Positions 10,440-21,423 are shown, numbered from the stretch's first letter. The stretch is DNA of 25,351 nt from Octopus sinensis (GCF_006345805.1 NW_021836086.1:1-25351); one strand, 5' to 3'. The notes: generated by a model not told the origin, from the sequence alone. Program-made: numbers and translations.

Positions 10440-10507
10440 GATACGCATTTTTTTCTTTGGTATTGTAAGGCGGTCTTGGTTTTTTTATTTTTTGTTTTAC
10501 TAAAGAG

Positions 10508-10672
10508 ACGATGTGGTAGAATCGATAGCACCATTTTGTCCGTGTTTATATTCTGCGTTGAAATCCAGCCGAGGTCTTTTACAAGTTCTATCATTTCGGG
10601 TTCGGTGAGTGTAATCGGTTGGATCCACCCACCCAAAGTTTAGACCTTTGTCTATAGTCCAAAGAATTGTTT
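10508..10672 (+). mobile_element. SINE family B, heavily diverged copy (a separate tail fragment lies at 10904-10938)
   Basis: TGGTAGAATCGATAGCAC...TTCTGCGTTGAAATCCAGCCGAGGTC...GTAATCG...AAAGTTTAGACCTTTGTCTATAGT aligns by eye to the B copies. Confidence 0.55.
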
Positions 10673-10776
10673 GTTACTTAGCTAATTTATGTTTCCGGAT
10701 CTGCCGAGGCCAATGAAGTCTTTGGAAGCTCAAAATCAATGGAGGGGTACATCCCGCTAAATAACAGGATGCTAAA

Positions 10777-10826
<50 letters not shown>

Positions 10827-10964
10827 ACACACACTCACACACACACACTCACACACACAAATATACGCATATATTCGACAGTCTTGTTTCTACACACATA
10901 TATAAATTTCAGGCCTTGTGCCTATACTAGAAAAGATTATATCTGTGTGTATGTATGTATGTGG

Positions 10965-11170
10965 GGTGTCTTTGTGTCTATGTTTGTCCTCCATCACCAC
11001 CAGAGAGCTGGTTTTGGAATGTTTACGTTCCCATAACATAGCGGTTCAATAAAAGAAACCGATAGAACAAGTATCAGGCTTAAATAGACGTAAAAAAAAA
11101 AAAAATCCAGAAATCGGTGCTCCAGCATGACCTCAAGGTCTAATGCCAGAAGCAAGAAAATGATAAAAGC
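10965..11170 (+). mobile_element. SINE family A tail, diverged
   Basis: GTTTACGTTCCCATAACATAGCGGTTC...ACCGATAGAACAAGTA...CGGTGCTCCAGCATG. Confidence 0.75.
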
Positions 11171-11483
11171 TAATTCATAAATATATTTATCGATGTATGC
11201 AGTGGAAACGCCTAAGTGGCCAGGTTCGCAATTAGTGGGAGGACAATTTTGACACGAAATGATAAATGTTTAAGTGAAGTTGGCAGTCTTTGTCTGTTTT
11301 GATTGGCTATTATGGGTATCCCATGCTATAATTAGTTTAGTTTCCACACAGGGTCTCAAAACAAAACACTTTGACAGACACGTGGGATGTAAGCATTTAA
11401 CCTACTATGTATTCAACAGGCCTACGCCATATTCAAGAAGAAAATACATTCTGATAATAACTACGGTTAATAATGTAATTGGC

Positions 11484-11738
11484 TTCAAATTTTGGTACAA
11501 GGCCGGCATTTTTAGGGAACGGGGCAAGAAGATTACGTCGGTCCCTGTTCTAAATTGGTACTTATTTTGTCACTCCCGGAAGGACGAAAGGCAAAGTCAC
11601 CCTCGGGGAATTTTGGACTCAGAAAGTCCGTGTTTACGTTCGAATTACGGAGATGCTGGAATTTGAACGTAAATATGGACAAAATGCCGGAAATTGAACG
11701 TAAAGACGGTCGAAATCCGGAATTTGAACGTAAAGACG
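11484..11738 (-). mobile_element. SINE family B fragment with tandem triplication of its B-box segment
   Basis: Tail and central domain at 11484-11625, then three units of about 30 bp GGAATTTGAACGTAAAGACGG.. starting at 11658, 11689 and 11719. Confidence 0.75.
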
Positions 11739-11754
11739 TATATATATATATATA

Positions 11755-11787
<33 letters not shown>

Positions 11788-11997
11788 TGCATGTATGTAT
11801 GCATATATATATGTGTGTGGGTTTATATATATATATATATATAAACACACACACATATATATATGCATACATACATGCATACATACATACATACATACAT
11901 ACATGCATGCATACACAATTTACACATGTGTATATTGAGCAGAAATACATACAAGCACACTTTGATTTAAGGTCTCTCAAAATATGGAGATATTTCG

Positions 11998-12029
11998 AAT
12001 AGAGAGAGAGGGAGAGATAGAGAGAGAGC

Positions 12030-12066
<37 letters not shown>

Positions 12067-12140
12067 AAGAAAGAGGGAATGACGGAGAGAAAGAGAGATG
12101 GAGAGAAAGAGAGTGAACAGAGAAGAGAGAAAGAAAAGAA
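11998..12140 (+). repeat. (GA)n purine-rich array
   Basis: Directly visible. A similar array lies at 23990-24225. Confidence 0.9.
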
Positions 12141-12238
12141 TATTTTTGCAAATCACAATATTTTCACATTTTTGTTTTCTGCATATTATTGTAGTGTTTT
12201 AGCGAAGTATTTAAAATTTAGAAAAAATCTCCACTTTA

Positions 12239-12272
<34 letters not shown>

Positions 12273-12601
12273 TACTTACATACGAAAGACATGCATACCT
12301 ACATACCTATATACACATATATACACATATATATATATGGATGTATATGTGTGTGTGTATTTGTACATCATGTGTAGACTTACGATAATATACGCATCCA
12401 TATATATAGAAATAACGCTCTCAGCACATATATTCATGCATGCATATACATATATATACATATACATATATATATATATATATATAATAATATATAGCAA
12501 ATGAATATGTATATGTATATGTGTACATGTGTATCTATCTATCTATCATATATGTATGTGTGTATATATATATATATATATAATGTATGTATGTATGTAT
12601 G

Positions 12602-12632
<31 letters not shown>

Positions 12633-12796
12633 TCGTATGCTTAGACATGCACGCACGCATATGTATATATACCACATACATATACGCATGCAATTATTAG
12701 ACATAAACCTGTTCCCTAAATACATTAAAATATCAAATTTCTCTAAAACATTCTTTAGACGACACACACATATATATATATATGTATATATATATG

Positions 12797-12846
<50 letters not shown>

Positions 12847-13211
12847 TGTACATACAAGCACACGCTCACACGTACTCATACACACATATATCGTGCACAT
12901 GTACATACGTACGCATGTATGCCTATAAAGCATGGAATATTTGCTGTTTGTTATGCGTGTCTTTCAATTAGTATTAAAATGGTTGAGAAAATTGGTAGGA
13001 ATTTAGAAGCAATTTTAATGTCAGATCTTCTTTCTTCTAATGTGAACTCTACCTGTTTGGCTGAGTTCGCTGCTTATTATTTCATCTAGCGTCCTAGATT
13101 CTGCTGAACTTAGCTCAGCATTGCACTTGGTGAGTGCAACACACACACACATACTCAATTACACACAAACACAAACACATTGATACATACATACATACAT
13201 ACATACATACA

Positions 13212-13272
<61 letters not shown>

Positions 13273-13423
13273 CAGTGTACATTAAAACACACTAAGAGGT
13301 ATCCATCATAGGACTCCCTTGCCCTAGAAGGAACAGCTAAAGTACAAAACACTAATTAGGGATAAATTCTCGAAGGGAATAAAAAATATAAACATTTACC
13401 ATCTACGTACACCGTCATATTTT

Positions 13424-13576
13424 TGTGGGTGTTTCGCCTACCAAATCCACACACAAGGCTTCGGTCAGCCCGAGGCTATAGTAGAAGACACTTGCCTAAA
13501 GTTCCACGCAGTGAGAATGAACCCGGAACCATGTGGTTTGTAAGCAAGCTGCATACCTCACAGCCACTCTTGCGCC
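13424..13576 (-). mobile_element. SINE family A head
   Basis: CCTACCAAATCCACACACAAGGC...GCTATAGTAGAAGACACTTGCC...AACCCGGAACCATGTGG...CAGCCACTCTTGCGCC. Confidence 0.85.
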
Positions 13577-13639
13577 TATTTTATTATAAATGCCAAGCAA
13601 CATCAAGGAGGAATCGGCGTAAGCTTAAATAAGAAACCG

Positions 13640-14690
13640 CGATATGGCGAGAGATTACTGTTTATGTAAATCCAAATATTTGTATTTTCTGTAGGGAGTA
13701 TGTTTATGTTGTAGAGAGTGTCGTTTGCTTGGAAATGTTCTGTAGTTAGGGTGCTAAAAAGGACACAATATATTTGGTAGGTGCTACCTTTAGATCGTTT
13801 GTTGTGGCGACAGGCTTTTTTGAGAATGATGTAGAGTTGTGCAACAGTATCTGTAAAATCGTGGAGATGTTGCTTACCATGTTATCTCTGTATATATAAA
13901 GTTGAAGTTGTCTGTATATGGCAGGTTTGGCAGCCTTCAACTAACACTATCTCCTCTGAGACTCTGCGGCGCAAGTTGACCAAAACTGAGAGTATGATAG
14001 AAAAAGGCTTGCTCTTCCTTCCGTACAAGAAAAAATTCAAATCGGACCATGTTGACACCAAAAATTATTTACATTAAAAAGGTGCTTTTTTTTCTCTGAA
14101 AATCCCTATTTTTTACGATTTTTTTACTGCTGTGTCGCCATTTTTCCGTGTATTTCAACGAGAAAAATGTTCACTTAAAGAGAATAACAAGCTACATAAT
14201 GCAAAATTATTACTTTTCAAAAATTCCAATTCTAAAAGGTCGAAACAAACCCGAGCAACGCCGGGTGATACTGCTAGTTTGTGTATAAAGCCATAGTTTG
14301 TTTCTTTGAATAATGTTGGAAGATCGATTATGCATAGTTAGGAAATAAAAAAAAGTTTTAAAAGACGGATCTCAGAGGTGAAGGAAATGATCACAATGAG
14401 GAGAAAATCGCAAATTCTGCAAATGTTGCTATTATGTGCGACAAAGAATTTGTGATCTGATGAATAGTTTGGTAGCCATCCTTTTGTGTTGATATTCAAT
14501 TTGATCTAGAGTATATTTAGATTTAGCGGGTATCGAGAAACGGTATCGAAATCTTTGTTGATGTTAATAGTTGCTAGAACAGTGACTGCAGAATTTGTAA
14601 ACAGCGTCATGTGTTCTCTGTCTTATTATTCTGTAGTGATAATATTATGGTGCCTCTTGTATTACCTGTATTATTTGAAAACCATTTTGT
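13640..14690 (-). pseudogene. Decayed non-LTR retrotransposon reverse transcriptase (I/Jockey-group-like), interrupted by a Helitron
   Basis: Minus-strand motifs in the expected RT order: QNGF; VLATININKDFDTV (cf. D..KAFDTV, 14539-14559); TKGWLPNY (cf. WL.NYL); IIDLP. After the Helitron come TTNDLKVAPTK (13773-13805) and a frameshifted KYL..INSNLS (cf. KYLG..IDSKLSW). Many stops and frameshifts. Confidence 0.65.
13885..14277 (+). mobile_element. Complete non-autonomous Helitron (393 bp)
   Basis: Starts TC after A13884 (TCTCTGTATATATAAAG) and ends CTAG before T14278. GC hairpin CCCGAGCAACGCCGGG (14250-14265) lies 8 nt before the CTAG. No target-site duplication. Confidence 0.85.
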
Positions 14691-14761
14691 TTTGATCACA
14701 GTGTAGTTTACCAGACTGAAGTGCTGTTGTTGTCTCGTTTCAGACCAGTCCTGCTCTAGCA

Positions 14762-15145
14762 AACTTGTGACCTATGACCTCTGGGCTAGGTCTTGTAACA
14801 TGATCACGAGCTTATGTTCAATGACCTGTGATCTATGGCCGATGATATATGACATCATTTGTGATACATTTTTTATGACTTATGAAATACGATCTGTGAT
14901 CTACAATGTATGACGTATGACCTACTATCCTTTACATAATCTACAAAATTTTTCTTGATATATGATAGTTAGCTTATGGTATAGGTCCTAAGATCTATTA
15001 CCCTTGTTCCATGAATTAAGTTGTATGACCTAGATTTAATGCCTATGAACTATGATCTATGATGTTTAATCTATGACCTATGACATATGATCTATGATCT
15101 ATGGTCTTTAACCTATGATCTATGATCGATAACCTATGATTGATG
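14762..15145. repeat. Degenerate 7-bp satellite (consensus CTATGAY)
   Basis: Repeated TATGACC/TATGATC units, purest at 15040-15140. Confidence 0.8.
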
Positions 15146-16171
15146 TTCTAAGATTTGTGTCCTATTTCAATAGCTAACAGTCTAAGGTCTGTGATTGTTC
15201 TTGTAGGTTCCGATGTTCGTAGCAAGGACCATGGCGGAAGTGGTGATGGTGGTGGATGTTTTGGTTTAGTTCCTTCCTTGAGCTGATAATACAAAGTACC
15301 AGACATGTAGTGAGGTGTCATGGTATCCACTACCCACTTCCCAAAACTACTGGACCTTTGTCAGAATCAGAAACCATTCTGATATCAAGGAAAAAAAATG
15401 GGAGAACTATGGGAGAGATAAATTATGTTATGTCTCGTTAAAGAAAAGCGACGGATAAAATCAGTTAATGAAGGTGTGTTTAAGTATAATGTTATTACTT
15501 TAATATTTGATAGGAAAGCAGTTTCAAGTAAAAAAAAAATATATATCAATTGATAGAGAAATACAAAGTTAGCTGGGTGTAAGAAGGAAGTGCAGAGATT
15601 ATGTAATAGAGAGGAATGTAAGGAAATGAGGATTATTTAAGCAATGGCGGAAAGGATGCAAAATAATTCGATAATTTGTACAGAAAATATAAGAGGACAG
15701 TATGGATAGTGCTGTATGCATATATAAATACATTCATACATTCATTCATTCGTTCATTCATACACACACATACGAGGGCACACACACACGCAAGCACATA
15801 CACACACACACATACGAGGGCACACATATATATATGTATATATATGTTGGTGTTGTTTATAAATGGTTAAGAGGCAATCTCGAAAATTTAGGGTTTATAG
15901 AAAAACAATAAGCAACTTGCACCATTACGAGTACAATTTCTGAACGGGACAATAAAAGTATGTAAGAATTTGTTCTAGTTCAAGATGTGACATTGTTGTT
16001 GTAATCTACATTTCAACGATGGAGCGTTCTAGCTCTGTCACAAAGCACCTCCTTCCTTACGGGATCATACTTATAAAAACGCGCGCGCACGCACAAACAC
16101 ACACACACATACACACACAAACACAAGCATATTCATACATACATACATACATATATATGCCTATATGCATC

Positions 16172-16219
<48 letters not shown>

Positions 16220-16437
16220 CAGTTGCTACAAAAGAACATGGCTGGACACAACATCAACAACAACACAATCAAAGCACAGAACGAAAACAACAGCTCAACA
16301 GGTGAAAAAGGCTTTTCTAACTGTAGTTATAGAAGGAACCGTAACTCAAAACCTCATTTCCCTTGGAGTTATGAGCAAGTCTAGATATGCAGCTATATCC
16401 ACGAGAATACGTTCATAAAACATACAAATCTGCCCAT

Positions 16438-16480
16438 TCATACATACATACATACATACATACATACATACATACATACA

Positions 16481-16512
<32 letters not shown>

Positions 16513-16568
16513 CACACACATACATACATACATACATACCTACATACCTACATACATACATACATACA

Positions 16569-16602
<34 letters not shown>

Positions 16603-16612
16603 GGTACATACA
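16438..16612 (+). repeat. (CATA)n microsatellite
   Basis: Directly visible. A similar array lies at 24560-24830. Confidence 0.95.
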
Positions 16613-16623
16613 AACAAAAATAT

Positions 16624-16720
16624 CCTGTTGTTGATGTTGAAATTCCAAAGGAGCCTTGGATCTAGGTTAGAAAACGTTTTTTCTCTATTGGCAAGAAATC
16701 TTGAAATAAACTGAATAATG
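16624..16720. repeat. Short dispersed repeat of about 95 bp, copy 1 (copy 2 at 24880-24974)
   Basis: CCTGTTGTTGA..TTGAAATT..ATCTAGG.TAGAAA..TTTCTCTATTGGC.AGAAATCT.GAAATAAA is shared between the two loci, roughly 80% by eye. Confidence 0.85.
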
Positions 16721-16798
16721 ACACACATAAAACATACGTATACACACATACTTACATATGTACATATACATACATACATACATACATACATATAAATA

Positions 16799-16841
<43 letters not shown>

Positions 16842-17508
16842 ATATATATATATTGTATACTGTTACGTTAAGGTATGATTAGCCGAAAAGTACCTTATCA
16901 AGAGCTATATATATATATATATATACATACAAGCATATGTGTGAGTTTATATATATATATATTGTTCCCCTTTGCCAGCATATAGCAAAAAAATCCTCCT
17001 AATTCAGGAAAGCTGGAATTTAATCTGTGGCAGTCTTTTACTACCCACCCGAAATACCCGTCATCGTGAGATGACGGTTAGTATAGAATCCTAAAATTAG
17101 GTAGATGGATCAATAAGAGTTCAATCATTTTGCAATTGATTCGTATGTAGGAATGTTTTGGAAACAATACAAACAGCAAAAAGAAAACCAAAAAAATTCT
17201 GAAGTATAAAAAAAAAGTCAGTACCAGAATCATCGATTTACCTTTACGGTTTTGATTGATATTGGTTTTTTTTTCGTTCTGGAGCTTCCAAATAAAATAC
17301 TGCCAATATAAACTGTGTATATAACTGTCTACTTACCTGTAAATAGAGAGAAAGAAATACGAGATTGTTAATACAACGTGGTTTCATATAATATATACAT
17401 AGATGCATACATACATAAATATATATATATATAAATAAACAAAGAGAGACACATATATATACTCATAAACATACCGGCACTCACGTGTGTGCGCGTATAT
17501 ATATATAT

Positions 17509-17540
<32 letters not shown>

Positions 17541-18166
17541 ATATTATATATATATATTATATATGGTTATTTAAACAATATAGCAGGAATATAATGCAAA
17601 GGTGAGGCTGTGAGGAATATCGCAAGAGTTTACACACAATATAGAATAGAAATATATGAAGAATATGATACGATCCTGTGGACAATATAATATGAAGATA
17701 TCGACTATATATTAAAAAGACAAGAGCAATATAATATCAGACTGTATGTAGAATACAATATGGAGGCTAAAATGAAAATGATAAAATGAATAGGATATGA
17801 AGAGGAACGTAATTGAAGGGTATACAAAATATATAATTTTAGAATTTAGACGATAAAATATGAAGTTATCTCCTAAACATTTATGAGGATATATATACAG
17901 TTATACACACATTCACATACACACACACTCTCAAAAGTAAACGCACACTCACATACACACACAAACAAACAAAACACACGCACAGACATATAATATATAA
18001 TACACACACATACAAATACACCTATAGATATGTGTGAATATGTATATATACATACATATATATGTACATATATATATAATTATAAGTATATATATTTATA
18101 CATTCATATATATATAAATGCACATGCATACATATGTAGATGCATATATATACATACATACATATA

Positions 18167-19095
18167 CGGGGACTAGTTAAGAATATTTCTACAAGAATCT
18201 CTAGATTATCTGCTAACAATAAAATTTTCGAATCTCATGCATCCCATTATAATGCTGCTCTAGCTAGGGCTGAGTACCGTGAAAAATATCCAATATATAC
18301 AAGGAGCAGGAATACACAACACTGGTAATTCCTCCAACTACGATGCACATCGTATACCACCACAACGTTACCGTCTGAGAACTCACTCAAATAAAGAATA
18401 CAGGCCAGTAAGAATTGGTCATATCAACGAAAACTCAGAGACACACGCGTCTTAATAAATTCAACTGCTTGATCAAATAAGCCTAGCAACAGATATCGGA
18501 ATCAGGATATCCTCTGGTTCAACTCTATTTTCGGTCTGCATGTTTCTACCAAGATAGCTGGAAAATTGTTTGCTGCTTTGGACGAATGTTTTCTTAAATC
18601 TAATCGGCATCATGCTATTTTTAATCGACACACCGTGAAAGTATCCTATGCCAATTCTGCTAATTCAGAGCTGCTTATGCATCGCATAAACAATAGCAAA
18701 ATGCGGCAGAGGTTCAAAAACCTACCTACAGGATCTAGCGAACATTTTCATCTAAATACCTAACAAGGAGACGTAAACCGCATTGATAAACACCAACTAC
18801 GACCAATTTGTAGTAGTAGAAATAGTTATGATACAGCTAGCACGCTAACAACGCCGCTAAATGGGGTTGGGAGTGCCTTTTACACCAATAAATACGATAG
18901 GTGCTCATGCAGAGAAAAATCAAAATGTCCTTTGATGAATCTCTGTATGAGTACAAATCTTGTTTATATATGTATCGTTCACACAAGAGGAGGGCCCTAT
19001 GTTTACATTGAGCAAACGGCTGATTCATTTAAGAATCTTTAGCGTAACCATGTTGCCAACTTTAAGACAATCAATAAGAATCATTGAACACCTTT
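18167..19095 (+). pseudogene. Decayed Penelope-like element: RT C-terminal region + GIY-YIG endonuclease
   Basis: In order: [32 protein letters not shown]; ILWFN..VSTKIAGKLFAALDECF..HHAIFNRHTVKVSY (from 18509, cf. IIWFNPP...IFNRNTIKVSY); CSCREKSKCPL..C..NLVY..YVYIEQTADSFKN*RNH (18902-19050, cf. CNCR..CPL..VY..YIG.T..FK.R..H). Stops and frameshifts are present. Confidence 0.85.
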
Positions 19096-19119
19096 GACAG
19101 ATTTTCATTTGCTATATAA

Positions 19120-19595
19120 CTTTAATATGACTCCCAAATGCTACTACGCTGTACTTCAACTCCTAAGCAATTATAGAGCTTTAATTTGACTCTAAAAGTT
19201 TACTAGAGCTTTAATTTACTAGATGCAGAAGCCCTAATTCGACTCACAGACGATGCTGAGCCTTTGACTTAACTCCCAGGCGCTTCTCCGCTTTACTTCG
19301 TCCCTCAAAGGATACTGAAACTTTAATTCGACTCGTAAAATTGCTACTAGGCTTTAATTCGACTCACAAATGCTACAGGGCTTTAATTCGGCTCCCAAAT
19401 GATGGCGAGATTTAATTTGACTCGCAAATGTTCCTGGGTTTTAATTCGACTCACAAATGCTACTGGGCTTTACTTCGACCCCCAAATTATTGTGGAATTT
19501 TAATTCGAATTTCAAACGCAGCTGAAGTATTAATTTGACACCCAAACGCTGCTGGAGTTTTAATTGAACTCCTGAACGCAACTGATGTTTTAACT
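19120..19595. repeat. Diverged 29-30 bp minisatellite, about 16 copies
   Basis: Consensus approximately CTTTAATTCGACTCMCAAATGCTACTGGG. The best copies are at 19321-19470. Confidence 0.9.
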
Positions 19596-20322
19596 GGAAG
19601 ATTTTCTTTACTATTGAGTATGTTCTTCATTCTGAGACTTCAGTACATATGGTATTTTTATCTCATTGACCAAAACAATATTCTCCACTTTATATATTTT
19701 TTAGAATGAACACCGGTAGCAAGACGTTTCTCCGAAATATTTCATTATCTTCCTATTTGAAACGGAATTTTTTCCCGAAATATTTTAGAACTATTGGGCA
19801 ACCTATGTAAAGGGATACGTTAACTTTTCTCTTTGTTCCCGTTTTTTGACATCATCTTATATATTTTGCCAACATAATCCAGAGGTCTTTCTTTTTTGTG
19901 ATCATTTATATATATTTCCAGGACCTCCTTGCTCTACAATGTCTCTTCAAACAACCGTGAATTTCAGCAACTACAGAAAGGTAAAAATAACCAGTAATTG
20001 ACGCGTTGGAAAGTTATATAACTAAAGATATTATGATTCTCACAAAGGACGATATAAAACACAACTGATAAAATGTCTCTCTCAATAAATACACACGCAT
20101 GCGCGTACACAGTTCTACACAGAGAAAAACACAAAAGAAAACGAAGCACAAGCCAACCACCAAATCCAATAAACTTCAATATGGATGGATACGAATTGCT
20201 TCACTCTAAATAAACAACAGTTATGTCAACATAACCTTCCCCATATCAGTGAGATTTCCCCGAATTCATAACTATATAACGATGGTCGCTGATGAAGCAT
20301 ACGGCGTACGATTGCTCTACCA

Positions 20323-20353
<31 letters not shown>

Positions 20354-20612
20354 ACTGCGTGTGTTGTGGGAGGAGGTGAACATAAATTACAGTGTTTTCA
20401 TGCATTATAAGATGGTCTGTGAGGTTCTAGATTAAGAAGGCAGGATTTAACAACACTTTATTGTTAATGATCGCTGTCTTTGTATATGTGTGCATGTGTG
20501 TATATGCATATACATAAATATAACTAATATACATATATATATATATATATGTGTGTGGTGTGTGCATATATATATATAATTGAATTCCGTATCATGATAT
20601 CAGTATAATCGA

Positions 20613-20647
<35 letters not shown>

Positions 20648-20666
20648 ATATATGCATATATATCTT

Positions 20667-20978
20667 GGCGCAGGTGTGGCTGTGTGTACGAGCTGGCAGA
20701 AACGTTAGCACGCAGGGTGAAATGCGTAGCCGTATTTCGTCTGCCGTTACGTTCTGAGTTCAAATTCCGCCGAGGTCGACTTTGCCTTTTATCCCTTCGG
20801 GGTCGATCAAATAAGTACCAGTTACGTACTGGAGTCGATATAATCGACTTAATCTTTTTGTCTGTCCTTGTTTGTCCCTCTATGTTTAGCCCCTTGTGGG
20901 AAATAAAGAAATAAGAAGCTTGCTTTCCGAACACATGGTTCCTTGTTCAGCCCCAGGGTGCGGCACGTTGGACAAAGT
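20667..20978 (+). mobile_element. SINE family A head split by a nested family B insertion
   Basis: GGCGCAGGTGTGGCTGTGTGTA (20667-20688) resumes as AGAAGCTTGCTTTCCGAACACATGGTTCC (20914 onward). Confidence 0.8.
20689..20913 (+). mobile_element. SINE family B, first monomer only, well preserved
   Basis: GAGCTGGCAGAAACGTTAGCACG...GAGTTCAAATTCCGCCGAGGTCGACTTTGCC...CCCCTTGTGGGAAATAAAGAAATA matches 7270-7500 reverse-complemented. Confidence 0.9.
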
Positions 20979-21354
20979 AACAACAGCAAAATATTATTAC
21001 GTCATTTTCTCTAAACTAGAATTTAAAGTTTCCACTTTCATATTTAAATTTTTTTGCGTTTCAATAATTTTTCTCTGATTTTACCTATTCTCGAATTTGA
21101 TGGACATATAGCGCGGTACGTAAGCCGACTCAAGAAATCTCTAGCGAGACCTTTTATTGATGTCCAAACACGTGTTGCACCCAATAAAGTTACACATTCC
21201 ATACCTTATTTTATTAATACTGTTACCCCAACCACCACTACGAAGTTCCTGCAATAAATCTACGGATAACAACAGGGAATTGAAACTGTGCCAGTTCTTT
21301 ACACATCTAGTTATACATTACGTACAATTTCTCCATTATATATATATATATATA

Positions 21355-21423
<69 letters not shown>

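Noticed and set aside
14655-14680. Second AG|GT junction (CAG|GTAATA, minus strand)
   Set aside because: There is no polypyrimidine tract, and it lies within the LINE relic.
17570-17880. Recurrent AATATAATATGAAG-like motifs
   Set aside because: This looks like decayed low-complexity (AATAT)n sequence with no consistent period.
19120-19595. CRISPR-like array
   Set aside because: The context is eukaryotic, there are no cas genes, the variable halves are homologous to each other and the period is only 29-30 bp.
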